DNA from: Verrucomicrobiia bacterium
GTDB taxonomy: Bacteria; Desulfobacterota; Binatia; UBA9968
NCBI GenBank assembly: GCA_035495775.1
Contig: DATJFG010000187.1
Location: forward strand, 9,786 to 73,785
Length of the DNA stretch: 64,000 nt
Reading direction: 5' to 3'
The notes under the pieces are model-generated. The model was not told the origin of the DNA and searched no databases. It was given only the letters and a program-made list of their open reading frames with translations. Positions 47,512-58,772 of this stretch are shown in pieces. The position numbers and the translations under genes are program-made. Each line of letters starts with the position of its first letter. Position 1 is the first letter of the stretch.

Positions 47512-47723
47512 AATTTTCTCCGGAGAGCAGGCGAAGCCAGAATATAGTCGTGAGCGACAAGAGATTCAAGGCCGGCGCGCGGGCGCCGCATCTTGACTCT
47601 TTTTCGCCGATCATATAAGAGGGGAATGCAGCTCAAATCTTATTGAACTTCAAAGCAGCCTAAGGGTTCAAGGGATATGCCCTTAGGTTTCTCTTACTAC
47701 ACAACCCTATAGCAGGAGACCCC

Positions 47724-49130
47724 ATGGCACAATATCAACATATCAAAGTTCCGAAGGACGGGGCGAAAATCACCATGTCAGCGAACAAGAAGCTGAACGT
47801 CCCCGAAAATCCGATTATTCCGTTCATCGAAGGCGACGGCACGGGCCGCGACATCTGGCGTGCCTCGGTGCGTGTCTTCGACGCGGCTGTCGAGAAGGCC
47901 TACAAGGGCAAGCGCAAGATTCATTGGATGGAGGTTTACGCGGGCGAGAAATCCTTCAAGGAGTTCAAGAGCTGGTTGCCCGACGAAACCGTGCAGGCGT
48001 TCACCGAATTTCTCGTCGGGATCAAAGGGCCACTCACTACACCCATCGGCGGCGGTTTTCGCTCGCTCAACGTGACGCTGCGCATCCTGCTTGATCTTTA
48101 CGTTTGTCTCCGTCCGGTGCGCTACTATAAAGGCGTGCCTTCTCCGGTGAAGCATCCGGAATATGTCGACATGGTCGTTTTCCGCGAAAACACCGAGGAC
48201 ATTTACACCGGCATCGAGTTCGCTCAGGGGACCGAGGAGAACCGCAAGTTCAAGGCGCTGGTCAAGGAAAACTTCCCGAAGGAGTTCGGCAAAATCCGCT
48301 TCCCCGAGACCGCCGGCATCGCGATCAAGCCGGTGTCCATCGAGGGCACCGAACGGCTCGTGCGCGCGGCGATCAAATGGTGCCTCGCGAATGGACGCAA
48401 GAGCATCAACTTTGTGCACAAGGGCAACATCATGAAATACACCGAGGGCGCCTTCAAGGAATGGGGCTATGCTCTCGGCAAGCGCGAATTCCGCAATGAC
48501 GTTGTCACGGAGCGCGAGACCTGGATTTTAGGCAACAAAGAGCACAAGTCGAACGTCAGCGTCGAGGAGAACGCGAAGCTCATCGATCCTGGCTATGACA
48601 TGATGTCGCCCGCCCAGCAGAGCGACATCAAGAAGGAAGTCGAAGAGGCGCTGAAGCTCTGGCCGACCCACGGCGACGGAAAATGGAAGACCAAGCTGCT
48701 GCTTAAGGATTCGATCGCCGACGTGAGCCTCCAGTTCGTCTTGATTCGCCCGCGCGACTACGACGTTATCGCAACGCTCAATTTGAATGGCGATTATCTC
48801 TCCGACGCACTCGCGGCGCAGGTCGGCGGCATCGGCATCGCGCCGGGTGCCAACATCAACTACGATACCGGTCACGCCATCTTTGAGGCGACGCACGGCA
48901 CGGCGCCCAAATACGCCGACCTCGACAAGGTCAATCCCGGGTCTGTCATTCTCTCCGGCGAGATGATGTTTCGCTTCATGGGCTGGGGCGAGGCCGCCGA
49001 TTTGATCGTCAAGGGTCTCGAGGGGGCGATTGCCAACAAGACCGTGACCTACGATTTCGAGCGGTTGATGCCGGGAGCGAAGCTCGTCAGCTGTTCCGGC
49101 TTTGGGGACGAGATCATCAAGAACATGTAA
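47724..49130 (+). CDS. icd: NADP-dependent isocitrate dehydrogenase
   Basis: [48 protein letters not shown]. Confidence 0.96.
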   Translation: MAQYQHIKVPKDGAKITMSANKKLNVPENPIIPFIEGDGTGRDIWRASVRVFDAAVEKAYKGKRKIHWMEVYAGEKSFKEFKSWLPDETVQAFTEFLVGIKGPLTTPIGGGFRSLNVTLRILLDLYVCLRPVRYYKGVPSPVKHPEYVDMVVFRENTEDIYTGIEFAQGTEENRKFKALVKENFPKEFGKIRFPETAGIAIKPVSIEGTERLVRAAIKWCLANGRKSINFVHKGNIMKYTEGAFKEWGYALGKREFRNDVVTERETWILGNKEHKSNVSVEENAKLIDPGYDMMSPAQQSDIKKEVEEALKLWPTHGDGKWKTKLLLKDSIADVSLQFVLIRPRDYDVIATLNLNGDYLSDALAAQVGGIGIAPGANINYDTGHAIFEATHGTAPKYADLDKVNPGSVILSGEMMFRFMGWGEAADLIVKGLEGAIANKTVTYDFERLMPGAKLVSCSGFGDEIIKNM

Positions 49131-49165
49131 CCGGCGTCTATCGAAAAGCTCATTCGAGGTTAAAG

Positions 49166-50107
49166 ATGGCCAGAAATAAGATCGCGCTGATCGGCGCGGG
49201 CAATATCGGCGGGACGATGGCGCATCTCTGCGCCCTCAAAGGCTTGGGGGACGTGGTGCTTTACGACGTGATCGACGGCCTGCCGCAGGGAAAGGCCCTC
49301 GATCTCTTGCAGTCCGCGCCGATCGAGAATTTCGACGCCCAGATCATCGGGACGACGAAGTACGAGGATATCGAAGGCGCCGACGTGTGCATCGTCACGG
49401 CGGGGATCGCGCGCAAGCCCGGCATGAGCCGCGATGATCTGCTTGCGACGAACGCCAAGATTCTCGGCCAGGTCTGCGACGGCATCAAAAAATATGCGCC
49501 CAATGCTTTCGTCATCGTCATCACCAATCCGCTCGACGCGATGGTCGGGCTCGTCAGGCAGAAAACGGGCTTTCCAAAAAACCGCGTCGTCGGCCAGTCC
49601 GGAATTCTGGATTCCTCGCGCTACCGCACCTTCATCGCGCAGGAGCTTAAAGTCTCGGTTGCAAGCGTCTCCGCCATGGTCCTCGGCGGACATGGAGACG
49701 ACATGGTGCCGGTGCGGAGCGGCTGCCTCGTCTCCGGCGTTCCGGTCGAGAAGTTCATCCCGTCCGCGCGCCTCGACGAGATCGAAAAGCGGGTACGAAA
49801 CGCCGGCGGCGAAATCGTCGCGCTCTTAAAGACCGGCTCGGCCTTTTATTCACCCGCCTCGGCTGCGGTGCGCATGGCGCAGTCCTATCTGATGGATAAA
49901 AAAGAGATCCTTCCCTGCGCCGCGTACCTCGAAGGGGAATACGGCGTCAACGGCTACTACTTCGGCGTGCCCGTCATGATCGGCGCCGGCGGCATCGAAA
50001 AAATCATCGAGGTCGAGCTCTCCGCGCGCGAAAAGAAGCTCTTCGACGAGTCGCTCTCGCACGTCAAAGAGCTGGTCGCGGCGATGGACCGGGTCGCCAA
50101 AGCGTAA
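49166..50107 (+). CDS. mdh: Malate dehydrogenase (LDH-like)
   Basis: GAGNIG, RKPGMSRDDL, LDSSR, GGHGD. Confidence 0.96.
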   Translation: MARNKIALIGAGNIGGTMAHLCALKGLGDVVLYDVIDGLPQGKALDLLQSAPIENFDAQIIGTTKYEDIEGADVCIVTAGIARKPGMSRDDLLATNAKILGQVCDGIKKYAPNAFVIVITNPLDAMVGLVRQKTGFPKNRVVGQSGILDSSRYRTFIAQELKVSVASVSAMVLGGHGDDMVPVRSGCLVSGVPVEKFIPSARLDEIEKRVRNAGGEIVALLKTGSAFYSPASAAVRMAQSYLMDKKEILPCAAYLEGEYGVNGYYFGVPVMIGAGGIEKIIEVELSAREKKLFDESLSHVKELVAAMDRVAKA

Positions 50108-50111
50108 TCTT

Positions 50112-50150
50112 GAGTCCTGAATTTTGAATTGATATTCAAATTCAGTACTC
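50112..50150. repeat. AT-rich imperfect inverted repeat (hairpin) between mdh and sucC
   Basis: GAGT-C-CTGAATTTTGAAT tgat ATTCAAATTCAG-T-ACTC. Confidence 0.7.
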
Positions 50151-50174
50151 GACATCCATAGTTCTCTCTTCCGC

Positions 50175-51332
50175 ATGAACATCCACGAGTATCAGGCCAA
50201 GGAGCTTTTGAAGCCCTTCGGCGTCTCCGTGCCCCGCGGGCGCGTAGCATCCACCCCGGAAGAGGCGGCTGCCGTCGCGCGCGAGCTCGGCGGCACGTGC
50301 GTGGTCAAGGCGCAGATTCATGCAGGCGGCAGGGGCAAGGCCGGCGGGGTCAAGCTCGTTAAAAGCGCCGAGGAGGCGGAGAAGGCGGCGCGCGAGCTGC
50401 TGGGAAAGATTCTCATCACCCATCAGACGGGGCCGCAGGGTCGTCAAGTGCGGCGGCTCTTGATCGAAGAGGGGCTGCCAATCGCGCGTGAGCTTTATTT
50501 GGGAATGGTTCTCGATCGCGCCGCGGGACGAGTCACGGTTATCGCGTCTTCCGAAGGCGGTGTCGAGATCGAGGAGGTGGCGCGGAAAAGCCCCGAGAAG
50601 ATTTTAAAAGAAGTGGTCGATCCCGCTGTCGGCCTGCTGCCGTTTCAATGCCGGCGGCTCGCCTACGCGCTCGGACTGAACAAGCAAGCGGGCCCCTTCA
50701 CGGCGCTCTTACAAGCGCTCGCGCGTGCCTTTGTCGAAAAGGACTGCTCGCTCGCCGAGATCAACCCGCTCGTCGTCACGCAGGACGCCCGGCTGATCGC
50801 CCTCGACGCCAAGATCAACATCGACAACAACGCGTTGTTCCGCCGACCCGAGATCGAGGCGCTCCGCGACCTGAGCGAGGAGGATCCGAAAGAATACGAG
50901 GCCTCGCGGCTCGGCCTCTCCTATATTTCGCTCGACGGCAACATCGGCTGCATGGTGAACGGCGCGGGCTTGGCGATGGCGACGATGGATATCATCAAGC
51001 TGTCGGGCGGCGAGCCGGCAAACTTCCTTGATGTCGGCGGCGGCGCGACGAAGGAGCGGGTGACCGAGGCGTTTAAAATCCTCTTGTCCGATAAACGCGT
51101 CAAAGGCGTCCTGGTGAACATTTTCGGCGGTATTATGCGCTGCGATGTGATCGCGCAGGGCGTCGTCGACGCGGCGCGCGAGCTCAGTGTCACCGTTCCG
51201 CTCGTTGTGCGGCTTCAGGGCACGAACGTGGATCAGGGACGAAAGATCCTCGCCGATTCCGGACTCGCCATCACGCCGGCTGATACGATCGGCGACGCGG
51301 CTGAGAAGATCGTCAAGGCGATCAATCAATAA
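50175..51332 (+). CDS. sucC: Succinyl-CoA synthetase beta subunit
   Basis: [40 protein letters not shown]. Confidence 0.97.
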   Translation: MNIHEYQAKELLKPFGVSVPRGRVASTPEEAAAVARELGGTCVVKAQIHAGGRGKAGGVKLVKSAEEAEKAARELLGKILITHQTGPQGRQVRRLLIEEGLPIARELYLGMVLDRAAGRVTVIASSEGGVEIEEVARKSPEKILKEVVDPAVGLLPFQCRRLAYALGLNKQAGPFTALLQALARAFVEKDCSLAEINPLVVTQDARLIALDAKINIDNNALFRRPEIEALRDLSEEDPKEYEASRLGLSYISLDGNIGCMVNGAGLAMATMDIIKLSGGEPANFLDVGGGATKERVTEAFKILLSDKRVKGVLVNIFGGIMRCDVIAQGVVDAARELSVTVPLVVRLQGTNVDQGRKILADSGLAITPADTIGDAAEKIVKAINQ

Positions 51333-51349
51333 AATTTTGACTCGAACTC

Positions 51350-52222
51350 ATGTCAATCCTCATCGATAAAACCACTCGCGTCATCACCCAGGGCATCACC
51401 GGCTCGACCGGACAATTTCACACGCGCGCGTGCAAGGAATACGGCACGCAGATGGTCGCCGGCGTAACACCCGGCAAGGGCGGCACGGATTTAGACGGCA
51501 TTCCGATCTTCGACACCGTCGCGCAAGCGGTCGCGGCAACGGGCGCGAACACCAGCGTGATTTATGTCCCGCCGCCGTTCACCGCCGACGCGATCATGGA
51601 GGCGGCCGACGCCGATGTCGGTCTCATCATCTCCATCACCGAAGGCGTTCCGGTCATGGACATGGTGCGGGTCAAGCGGTATCTTGAAGGGAGGCGCTCG
51701 CGCCTGCTGGGACCTAACTGTCCCGGTGTGATCACGCCGGGAGAATGCAAGATCGGCATCATGCCCGGCCACATCTTCAAGCCGGGGCCGATCGGCGTTG
51801 TATCGCGAAGCGGGACGCTCACGTATGAGGCCGTGGACCAGCTGACGCGCGTCGGGCTGGGACAGTCCACCTGTGTGGGCATCGGCGGCGATCCGGTGCA
51901 CGGCATCGGATTTATCGATACGCTGAAGCTGTTCAACGACGATCCGGCGACTGAGGCCGTCGTGATGATCGGTGAGATCGGCGGCAGCGATGAAGAAGAG
52001 GCCGCCGCCTGGGTCAAGGCGAATATGAACAAGCCGGTGACGGCCTTCATCGTCGGGCAGACTGCGCCGCCCGGAAAACGCATGGGGCACGCCGGCGCGA
52101 TCATCTCGGGAGGGAAAGGCACGGCGCAGGAAAAAGTCGCCGCGCTGAGGGCGGCGGGCATCCGAACGGCGTCGTCGCCGGCGCTGATCGGGCAGACGAT
52201 GCGCGAGGTATTCAGGGGCTGA
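51350..52222 (+). CDS. sucD: Succinyl-CoA synthetase alpha subunit
   Basis: [26 protein letters not shown]. Confidence 0.97.
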   Translation: MSILIDKTTRVITQGITGSTGQFHTRACKEYGTQMVAGVTPGKGGTDLDGIPIFDTVAQAVAATGANTSVIYVPPPFTADAIMEAADADVGLIISITEGVPVMDMVRVKRYLEGRRSRLLGPNCPGVITPGECKIGIMPGHIFKPGPIGVVSRSGTLTYEAVDQLTRVGLGQSTCVGIGGDPVHGIGFIDTLKLFNDDPATEAVVMIGEIGGSDEEEAAAWVKANMNKPVTAFIVGQTAPPGKRMGHAGAIISGGKGTAQEKVAALRAAGIRTASSPALIGQTMREVFRG

Positions 52223-52229
52223 GGAAAAC

Positions 52230-52652
52230 ATGGTCGAACGGACGCTGTCTATCATCAAGCCCGACGCGGTTGCGCGCGGGCTCATCGGCGACATCTTGAA
52301 AAAATTCCAGGCCGGCGGGTTGCAACTCGTGGCGACCAAGCTGACGCGTCTCACCCCCGACCGCGCGCGTGCGTTTTACGCCGTGCACAAAGAGCGTCCT
52401 TTCTTCGCCGGTCTCTGCGAGTACATGTCTTCCGGCCCGATCCTCGTCTCCGTTCTCGAAGGCGAAGGCGCGATCATGAGGCATCGAGAGATTATGGGCG
52501 CGACGGATCCCGCCAAGGCGGCGCCGGGGACCATCCGGCGCGAATGGGGCAAGGACGTGGAAAAAAACGCCGTGCACGGCTCGGACGCGCCGGAGACCGC
52601 GGCGGCTGAGATCAGCTTCTTTTTCAAGCCCGAAGAAATTCACAGCGCCTAG
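52230..52652 (+). CDS. ndk: Nucleoside diphosphate kinase
   Basis: [26 protein letters not shown]. Confidence 0.97.
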   Translation: MVERTLSIIKPDAVARGLIGDILKKFQAGGLQLVATKLTRLTPDRARAFYAVHKERPFFAGLCEYMSSGPILVSVLEGEGAIMRHREIMGATDPAKAAPGTIRREWGKDVEKNAVHGSDAPETAAAEISFFFKPEEIHSA

Positions 52653-52692
52653 CACTATCTAAAAATAACCCGTCGCGGCGCTGGCAAGACGC

Positions 52693-53775
52693 ATGAAAGC
52701 CGACATCAAAGACTTGAGCCGCGATGATCTCCAAAAATGGCTCGCCGAGCGCGGGGAGTCCCATTACCGCGCCGACCAAATCCGGCGCTGGCTATTTCAA
52801 AAAGGCGCGCTCTCATTCTCCACGATGACCAACCTTTCGGCCGCGCTGCGCCGCGATTTGGAGGAGGCGTTTGTCATCAGCCGCCTCGAAGTCGTGCGCG
52901 CTGACCATGCCGCCGACGGCACCGTCAAGTTTTTATTCGCGCTTCCCGACCGCTATGAGATCGAAAGCGTGCTGATCCCCGAGCCCAAGCGCCTGACGCT
53001 TTGTATCTCGACCCAGGCAGGCTGCGGCTTGGGCTGTGCCTTCTGCGCAACGGCGCTTCTGGGCCTCAAGCGCAATCTCACCGCCGGCGAGATCGTCGAT
53101 CAGATTCTCGAAGCGTCGCGCACATTGGCTCCGTCGAAGCGGATTACACACATCGTGCTGATGGGCATGGGCGAACCGCTCGCGAATTATCAGCAGACGA
53201 TCGACGCGATCCGCGTCATGACCGACGCCGACACGGGACTCGGCTTCTCGTCGCGACGCGTGACGCTCTCGACGGTCGGTCTCGTGCCGCAGATCAAAAA
53301 ACTTATCGACGAGACTCAAGTGAATCTCGCGATCTCGCTGCACGCGACGACCGACGCGCTGCGGTCGCGGCTCATGCCCGTGAACCGTAAATATCCGCTT
53401 GCCGAGCTGATCGCGTGCGCCCGGGCGCTGCCGATTCCGAAACGGAAACGCATCACTTTCGAGTACGTCGTGCTGCGCGGCGTCAATCATTCGACCGAGG
53501 ACGCCCGGCGCCTGGCGCGGCTGCTCGCGGGCATTCGCGCCAAAATCAATCTCATTCCCTTTAATCCGCATCCCGGAAGCGAATTCGAGCGACCGACCGT
53601 AGAGGAGATCGAGCGTTTTCAAAACGAGCTCGCGGCGCACGGCCTGCAAGTCAACGTGCGGCGGCCCCGCGGTGACGACATTCACGCCGCATGCGGACAG
53701 CTCATGGCCTTCAACGGCGACTCGGTGCCGGGCCGGCGGGAGATTTCGGGCCCGGCTCCTTCCGCCATGCATTGA
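52693..53775 (+). CDS. rlmN: 23S rRNA/tRNA adenine C2-methyltransferase (radical SAM)
   Basis: CISTQAGCGLGCAFC, MGMGEPL, AISLHA, AACGQL. Confidence 0.95.
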   Translation: MKADIKDLSRDDLQKWLAERGESHYRADQIRRWLFQKGALSFSTMTNLSAALRRDLEEAFVISRLEVVRADHAADGTVKFLFALPDRYEIESVLIPEPKRLTLCISTQAGCGLGCAFCATALLGLKRNLTAGEIVDQILEASRTLAPSKRITHIVLMGMGEPLANYQQTIDAIRVMTDADTGLGFSSRRVTLSTVGLVPQIKKLIDETQVNLAISLHATTDALRSRLMPVNRKYPLAELIACARALPIPKRKRITFEYVVLRGVNHSTEDARRLARLLAGIRAKINLIPFNPHPGSEFERPTVEEIERFQNELAAHGLQVNVRRPRGDDIHAACGQLMAFNGDSVPGRREISGPAPSAMH

Positions 53776-53784
53776 GGGTCGCGG

Positions 53785-54654
53785 GTGGCTGAGCGGTCTA
53801 AGATCGTCGGCGTGATAGGCGGAAGCGGCCTCTACCAGATGCCCGGCCTAGCGCGCGTCCGCGAGGTCCGCATCTCGACGCCGTTTGGCCGGCCCTCCGA
53901 TGTTTTTTTTCGCGGCACTCTCGACGGCACCGATATCGTTTTCCTCCCCCGGCACGGCCGCGGCCATATCGTACTCCCCACCGAGATTAATTTCCGCGCG
54001 AATATCTTCGGCTTGAAGAAGCTCGGCGTGGAGCGGATCATCTCCGTGAGCGCCGTCGGCAGTCTTCAAGAGGAGATCGCGCCGGGCCACGTCGTCATCC
54101 CCGACCAATTTATCGATCGGACGACCCGGAGACCGAGCACTTTTTTCGGCAACGGCATTGTCGCCCATGTGAGCTTCGCCGACCCGGTCTGTGCCGAATT
54201 GACCGAGGCGCTTTCGCGCGCCGCGCGCGAGGAGCGCGCGAACGTCCATCACCGCGGCACCTATCTGTGCATGGAGGGGCCGCAGTTCTCGACGCGTGCC
54301 GAGTCGCGTCTGTATCGAAGCTGGGGCGCCGACGTGATCGGCATGACGAACCTTCAGGAGGCGAAGCTCGCGCGCGAGGCGGAAATCTGCTTCGCGACGA
54401 TCGCCCTCGCGACGGACTACGATTGCTGGAACGAAGCCGCAGGAGACGTGGAGATCGAGCAGGTCCTCGCGGTGTTGAAGCAGAACGTCGATCTTGCACA
54501 GCGCATCATTCGCCGCGTGGCGACCCGTTTGCCGAACGAGCGATCCTGCGGCTGCGCCAGCGCACTCAAAAACGCGATCATCACGGACCGAAAAAAGATA
54601 CCTGCGAAGACGCTCCGCGGTCTGAAGCCGATCGTGGGAAAGTACCTAAAATGA
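53785..54654 (+). CDS. mtnP: S-methyl-5'-thioadenosine phosphorylase
   Basis: IGGSGLY, PRHGRGH, EGPQFSTRAES, GMTN, TDYDCW. Confidence 0.93.
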   Translation: MAERSKIVGVIGGSGLYQMPGLARVREVRISTPFGRPSDVFFRGTLDGTDIVFLPRHGRGHIVLPTEINFRANIFGLKKLGVERIISVSAVGSLQEEIAPGHVVIPDQFIDRTTRRPSTFFGNGIVAHVSFADPVCAELTEALSRAAREERANVHHRGTYLCMEGPQFSTRAESRLYRSWGADVIGMTNLQEAKLAREAEICFATIALATDYDCWNEAAGDVEIEQVLAVLKQNVDLAQRIIRRVATRLPNERSCGCASALKNAIITDRKKIPAKTLRGLKPIVGKYLK

Positions 54655-55556
54655 GCATTCTCGTCGTCGGCACCGTCGCTTTCGATTCCATCGAGACTCC
54701 ATCGGGCTCCGCCGAGCGCGTACTGGGGGGCTCGGCCGCCTATTTCGGCATGGGCGCGAGCTTCTTCGCGCCGGTGCGGATCGTCGGGGTCATCGGCCGA
54801 GATTTTCCCGAAGAGTACCTCGATCTCTTCCGCCGCCGCGGCATCGATCTTCAAGGCCTCAAGCGCGAGAGCGGCGACACCTTTCATTGGCGCGGCCGCT
54901 ATCATGAGGACCTGAATGTGCGCGACACGATCGAGCTGCACCTGAACGTCCTTTCGGGCTTCGTCCCCGATCTGCCGGAATCCTACCGCGACGCGGAATA
55001 CGTATTTCTGGGCAACATCGATCCCGATATGCAGCTCGAAGTTCTGCGGCAGCTCCGGTGTCTTCGCCTGGTCGCCTGTGATACGATGGACCATTGGATC
55101 AACAACAGCCTCGGGCCGCTCCGTAAGGTGCTGGAGAAGATCGAGATGCTGGTGGTGAACGACTCGGAGGCCCGCCTGTTGTCCGGCGAGAGCAACATCG
55201 TCCGGGCCGCTCGGGCGATCCTGAAGATGGGGCCGAAGACGGTTCTCATCAAGCGCGGCGAATACGGCGTGCTCCAGTTCTCGGAGTCATCGATCTTTGC
55301 CGTGCCCGCCTATCCATTGGAGGAAGTCTTCGATCCGACCGGCGCCGGCGATTCGTTCGCGGGCGGCCTGTTCGGGCAGCTGGCGCGCTCGGGCGACGCC
55401 GGCGGCCGGGGATTGAGGCGCGCCATCGTTTACGGCAGCGTCGTCGCCTCGTTCACGGTCGAAGATTTCGGCTTGAATCGCCTGAACGCGCTCTCGATGA
55501 AGGAGATCGAGGAGCGCTACCGCCGTTTCGTCGAGCTGACTGATTTTCATACTTGA
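54651..55556 (+). CDS. PfkB-family carbohydrate/nucleoside kinase
   Basis: MSILVVGTVAFD, GGSAAY, DPTGAGDSFAGG; ATGA overlap with mtnP. Confidence 0.92.
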   Translation: MSILVVGTVAFDSIETPSGSAERVLGGSAAYFGMGASFFAPVRIVGVIGRDFPEEYLDLFRRRGIDLQGLKRESGDTFHWRGRYHEDLNVRDTIELHLNVLSGFVPDLPESYRDAEYVFLGNIDPDMQLEVLRQLRCLRLVACDTMDHWINNSLGPLRKVLEKIEMLVVNDSEARLLSGESNIVRAARAILKMGPKTVLIKRGEYGVLQFSESSIFAVPAYPLEEVFDPTGAGDSFAGGLFGQLARSGDAGGRGLRRAIVYGSVVASFTVEDFGLNRLNALSMKEIEERYRRFVELTDFHT

Positions 55557-55585
55557 GAGCGGCGATGCGACAGCTCGGAAATGCC

Positions 55586-56539
55586 ATGGACCTTTCGGTC
55601 GTCATTCCGGTGTACAACGAAGAAGCGAGCATTGAGCCGCTCGTGAACGAGCTCCGCGCTACGCTCGACGCGACCGATAAAAGCTATGAGATCGTGGTCG
55701 TCGACGACGGCAGCATCGACGGGACTTATCCGATGCTTCTCAGCCTGCACCGCAAAGAGCCGCGCTTAAAGGCTGTGCGGTTGAAGCGCAATTACGGTCA
55801 AACCGCCGCCGTGGCGGCGGGCTTCGCGCACGCAGAAGGAGAGATCATCGTCGCCATGGATGGAGACGGACAGAACGACCCGCGCGACATCCCCGAGATG
55901 CTGGAAAAAATCAAAGAGGGCTATGATCTCGTATGCGGCTGGCGTTCGCCGCGCCGCGATCCGTTCTGGACGCGTCGGCTGCCGTCGCGCGCCGCGAACA
56001 GCTTGATCTCCTGGATGACCGGCGTGCGGCTTCACGATTACGGCTGCACGCTGAAGGCGCTCAAACGCGAGATCGCCAAAGAGATGAAGCTCTACGGCGA
56101 GATGCACCGCTTCATCCCGGCGATCGCTTTCGAGCGCGGCGCGAAGATCATCGAGATGAAAGTTCACCACCGGCCGCGCCGCTGGGGACAATCGAAGTAT
56201 GGGATGGCGCGGACATTTCGGGTGATGCTCGATCTCTTGACGGTAAAGTTCCTGTTGAGCTACGCCACCCGGCCGCTTCACGTCTTCGGCGTCGTCGGCC
56301 TTATGTGCGGCGGAACCGGTTTTCTCATCGCCGTTTACCTGACGCTCGAAAAGTTCATCTACGAGGTTCCAATGGGCGGCCGGCCGCTGCTCTTGCTTTC
56401 GATTCTCCTCATCATGATCGCGTTCCAATTCATCACGATGGGGCTTTTGGGCGAAATGCTCGCGAGAACCTATCACGAGTCGCAGGATAAGCCGATCTAC
56501 ACCATCAAGGAAGTTCTAGACGGGAGGAAAGCGGCATGA
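55586..56539 (+). CDS. Glycosyltransferase family 2 (polyprenyl-phosphate glycosyltransferase-like)
   Basis: SVVIPVYNE, VDDGS, MDGDGQNDP, LYGEMHRFIP, two C-terminal transmembrane segments. Confidence 0.92.
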   Translation: MDLSVVIPVYNEEASIEPLVNELRATLDATDKSYEIVVVDDGSIDGTYPMLLSLHRKEPRLKAVRLKRNYGQTAAVAAGFAHAEGEIIVAMDGDGQNDPRDIPEMLEKIKEGYDLVCGWRSPRRDPFWTRRLPSRAANSLISWMTGVRLHDYGCTLKALKREIAKEMKLYGEMHRFIPAIAFERGAKIIEMKVHHRPRRWGQSKYGMARTFRVMLDLLTVKFLLSYATRPLHVFGVVGLMCGGTGFLIAVYLTLEKFIYEVPMGGRPLLLLSILLIMIAFQFITMGLLGEMLARTYHESQDKPIYTIKEVLDGRKAA

Positions 56540-57840
56540 ATCTCGCCGTCGTCGGCACGGGGTATGTGGGGCTTGTCGCGGGGACATGCTTCGCGGCGAC
56601 GGGCAATGAGGTCGTCTGTGTCGATGTCGTCAAGGAGAAAATTGCGGCGCTCAGCTCCGGGAAGGTGCCGATCTACGAGCCGGGTCTCGAGGAATTGGTC
56701 CAGCGAAATCTTGAGGAACAGCGCCTTTCGTTCTCGACCGATCTCGCCGGCGCCGTTCGCAACGCAGAAATTGTCTTCATCGCGGTCGGAACCCCACAAA
56801 GCGAAAACGGCCACGCCGATATCAGCCAAGTGCTCGCGACCGCCCAGGCGATCGCTAAGGCGATGAATGGACGAAAGGTCGTGGTGAATAAAAGCACGGC
56901 GCCGGTCGGCACGGCCGAGCAAATCAAGGCCGCCATGGCGCCGCTCGCAAAGCATCCGTTCGCCGTCGTTTCCAATCCTGAATTTTTGAAGGAAGGCGCC
57001 GCCGTGGACGACTTCATGAAGCCCGACCGCGTCGTTCTTGGAAGCGACGACGCTCAGGCGATCGAACAGCTGAAAGAGCTCTACGAGCCTTTTGTCCGCA
57101 CGGGCAATCCGATTCTCGTGATGGATTCGCGGAGCGCCGAGATGAGCAAGTACGCGGCGAACGCGATGCTGGCGGCGAAGATATCGTTCATCAACGAAGT
57201 CTCGAACCTGTGCGAGAAAATGGGCGCGGACATCAATGAGGTCAGGCGCGTCATCGGGCTGGACCGCCGCATCGGTCCACACTTTATCTTTCCCGGCGTA
57301 GGGTACGGCGGCTCCTGCTTTCCCAAGGACGTGCGCGCGGCGATCGCCATGGGCGAGCCCGACCTCGAGCTGCCGCTGCTGCGGGCCGTCGAGAAGGTCA
57401 ACGAACGCCAGAAAAAACTCCTCATCGAAAAAGTCACGCGCCATTTCGGACATGACTTGAAGGGCCGCACTTTCGCCGTCTGGGGACTTTCGTTCAAGCC
57501 GCGGACAGACGATATGCGCGACGCGCCGGCGATCGTCATCATCGATGCTCTGCTCAAAGCGGGCGCGACCGTTCAGGCCCACGATCCCGAGGCGATGGAC
57601 GAGGCGAGGAAAATCTTCGGCGACCGGATCGGTTATTTCCGGCGCAACTACGACGCGCTCAAAGGGGCCGACGCCCTGCTGATCGTGACGGAATGGAACG
57701 AGTTTCGCCGCCCGAACTTCGCGAACATTAAACAGCTGATGAAGCAGCCGGTCATTTTCGACGGGCGAAATATCTTCGATCCCGAAGACCTGCGGAGGAT
57801 CGGTTTTACTTACTTTTCCATAGGTCGCCGCGATGGCTAG
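56536..57840 (+). CDS. ugd: UDP-glucose 6-dehydrogenase
   Basis: [34 protein letters not shown]. Confidence 0.95.
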   Translation: MNLAVVGTGYVGLVAGTCFAATGNEVVCVDVVKEKIAALSSGKVPIYEPGLEELVQRNLEEQRLSFSTDLAGAVRNAEIVFIAVGTPQSENGHADISQVLATAQAIAKAMNGRKVVVNKSTAPVGTAEQIKAAMAPLAKHPFAVVSNPEFLKEGAAVDDFMKPDRVVLGSDDAQAIEQLKELYEPFVRTGNPILVMDSRSAEMSKYAANAMLAAKISFINEVSNLCEKMGADINEVRRVIGLDRRIGPHFIFPGVGYGGSCFPKDVRAAIAMGEPDLELPLLRAVEKVNERQKKLLIEKVTRHFGHDLKGRTFAVWGLSFKPRTDDMRDAPAIVIIDALLKAGATVQAHDPEAMDEARKIFGDRIGYFRRNYDALKGADALLIVTEWNEFRRPNFANIKQLMKQPVIFDGRNIFDPEDLRRIGFTYFSIGRRDG

Positions 57841-58771
57841 GATTCTGATCACGGGGGGAGCGGGCTTTATCGGCTCGCACCTCTGCGAGAGTTTTTTGAA
57901 GCGCGGCGATCACGTGGTGTGTGTCGACAATACCTCAACAGGCACGCGCCAAAACATCGCCGCGTATTCGTCGAACCCACGCTTTCGCTTCATCGACCAC
58001 AACGTCAGCAACTATATCGAAATCGACGGCCCGCTCGATATGGTGCTTCATTTTGCATCGCCCGCGAGCCCCGTCGATTATCTCGACATGCCGATCCAAA
58101 CGCTGAAGGTCGGCTCGCTCGGCACGCATAACGCCCTCGGGCTTGCGAAAGACAAGGGAGCCGTCTTTCTCCTTGCTTCGACTTCGGAAGTTTACGGCGA
58201 CCCGCAAGTGAAGCCGCAGCGTGAGGACTACTGGGGAAACGTCAATCCGATCGGACCGCGGGGCGTCTACGACGAGGCGAAGCGCTTCGCCGAGGCGATG
58301 ACGATGGCTTACCACCGAGCTCACAACCTCGACACCCGGATCGTTCGCATCTTTAATACCTACGGTCCTCGAATGCGCATGCGCGACGGACGGGTCGTCC
58401 CCAATTTCATCACCCAGGCGCTCAAAAACGAACCGATTACCGTGTATGGTAAAGGAGAGCAGACGCGGAGTTTCTGCTACATCGATGATCTGGTGCGCGG
58501 TCTTCAACGGCTGCTGGAAGTCGAGCATCATCTACCCGTGAATCTCGGCAATCCGCACGAGATGACGGTGCTCGAATTCGCAAAAAAAATCATCGCGCTC
58601 ACCGCCTCGAAAAGCGAGATCGTCCATCAGCCGCTTCCGCAGGACGATCCGCAGGTGCGCCAGCCCGATATCACCAAAGCGCGCGAACTGCTCGGCTGGG
58701 AGCCCGAGATCGACGTCGATGAGGGTCTCCAGAGAACGATCGAATATTTTAGAGAAAGGCTTCGAGATTGA
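57833..58771 (+). CDS. UDP-glucuronate decarboxylase (UDP-xylose synthase-like)
   Basis: [49 protein letters not shown]. Confidence 0.9.
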   Translation: MARILITGGAGFIGSHLCESFLKRGDHVVCVDNTSTGTRQNIAAYSSNPRFRFIDHNVSNYIEIDGPLDMVLHFASPASPVDYLDMPIQTLKVGSLGTHNALGLAKDKGAVFLLASTSEVYGDPQVKPQREDYWGNVNPIGPRGVYDEAKRFAEAMTMAYHRAHNLDTRIVRIFNTYGPRMRMRDGRVVPNFITQALKNEPITVYGKGEQTRSFCYIDDLVRGLQRLLEVEHHLPVNLGNPHEMTVLEFAKKIIALTASKSEIVHQPLPQDDPQVRQPDITKARELLGWEPEIDVDEGLQRTIEYFRERLRD

Positions 58772-58772
58772 A

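Noticed and set aside
54267-54650. N-terminal extension of the PfkB ORF (similarly 10438-10689 for the cupin and 45195-45701 for ccmD)
   Set aside because: These are alternative-frame overlaps with the upstream gene; the real starts are downstream at RBS or overlap positions.
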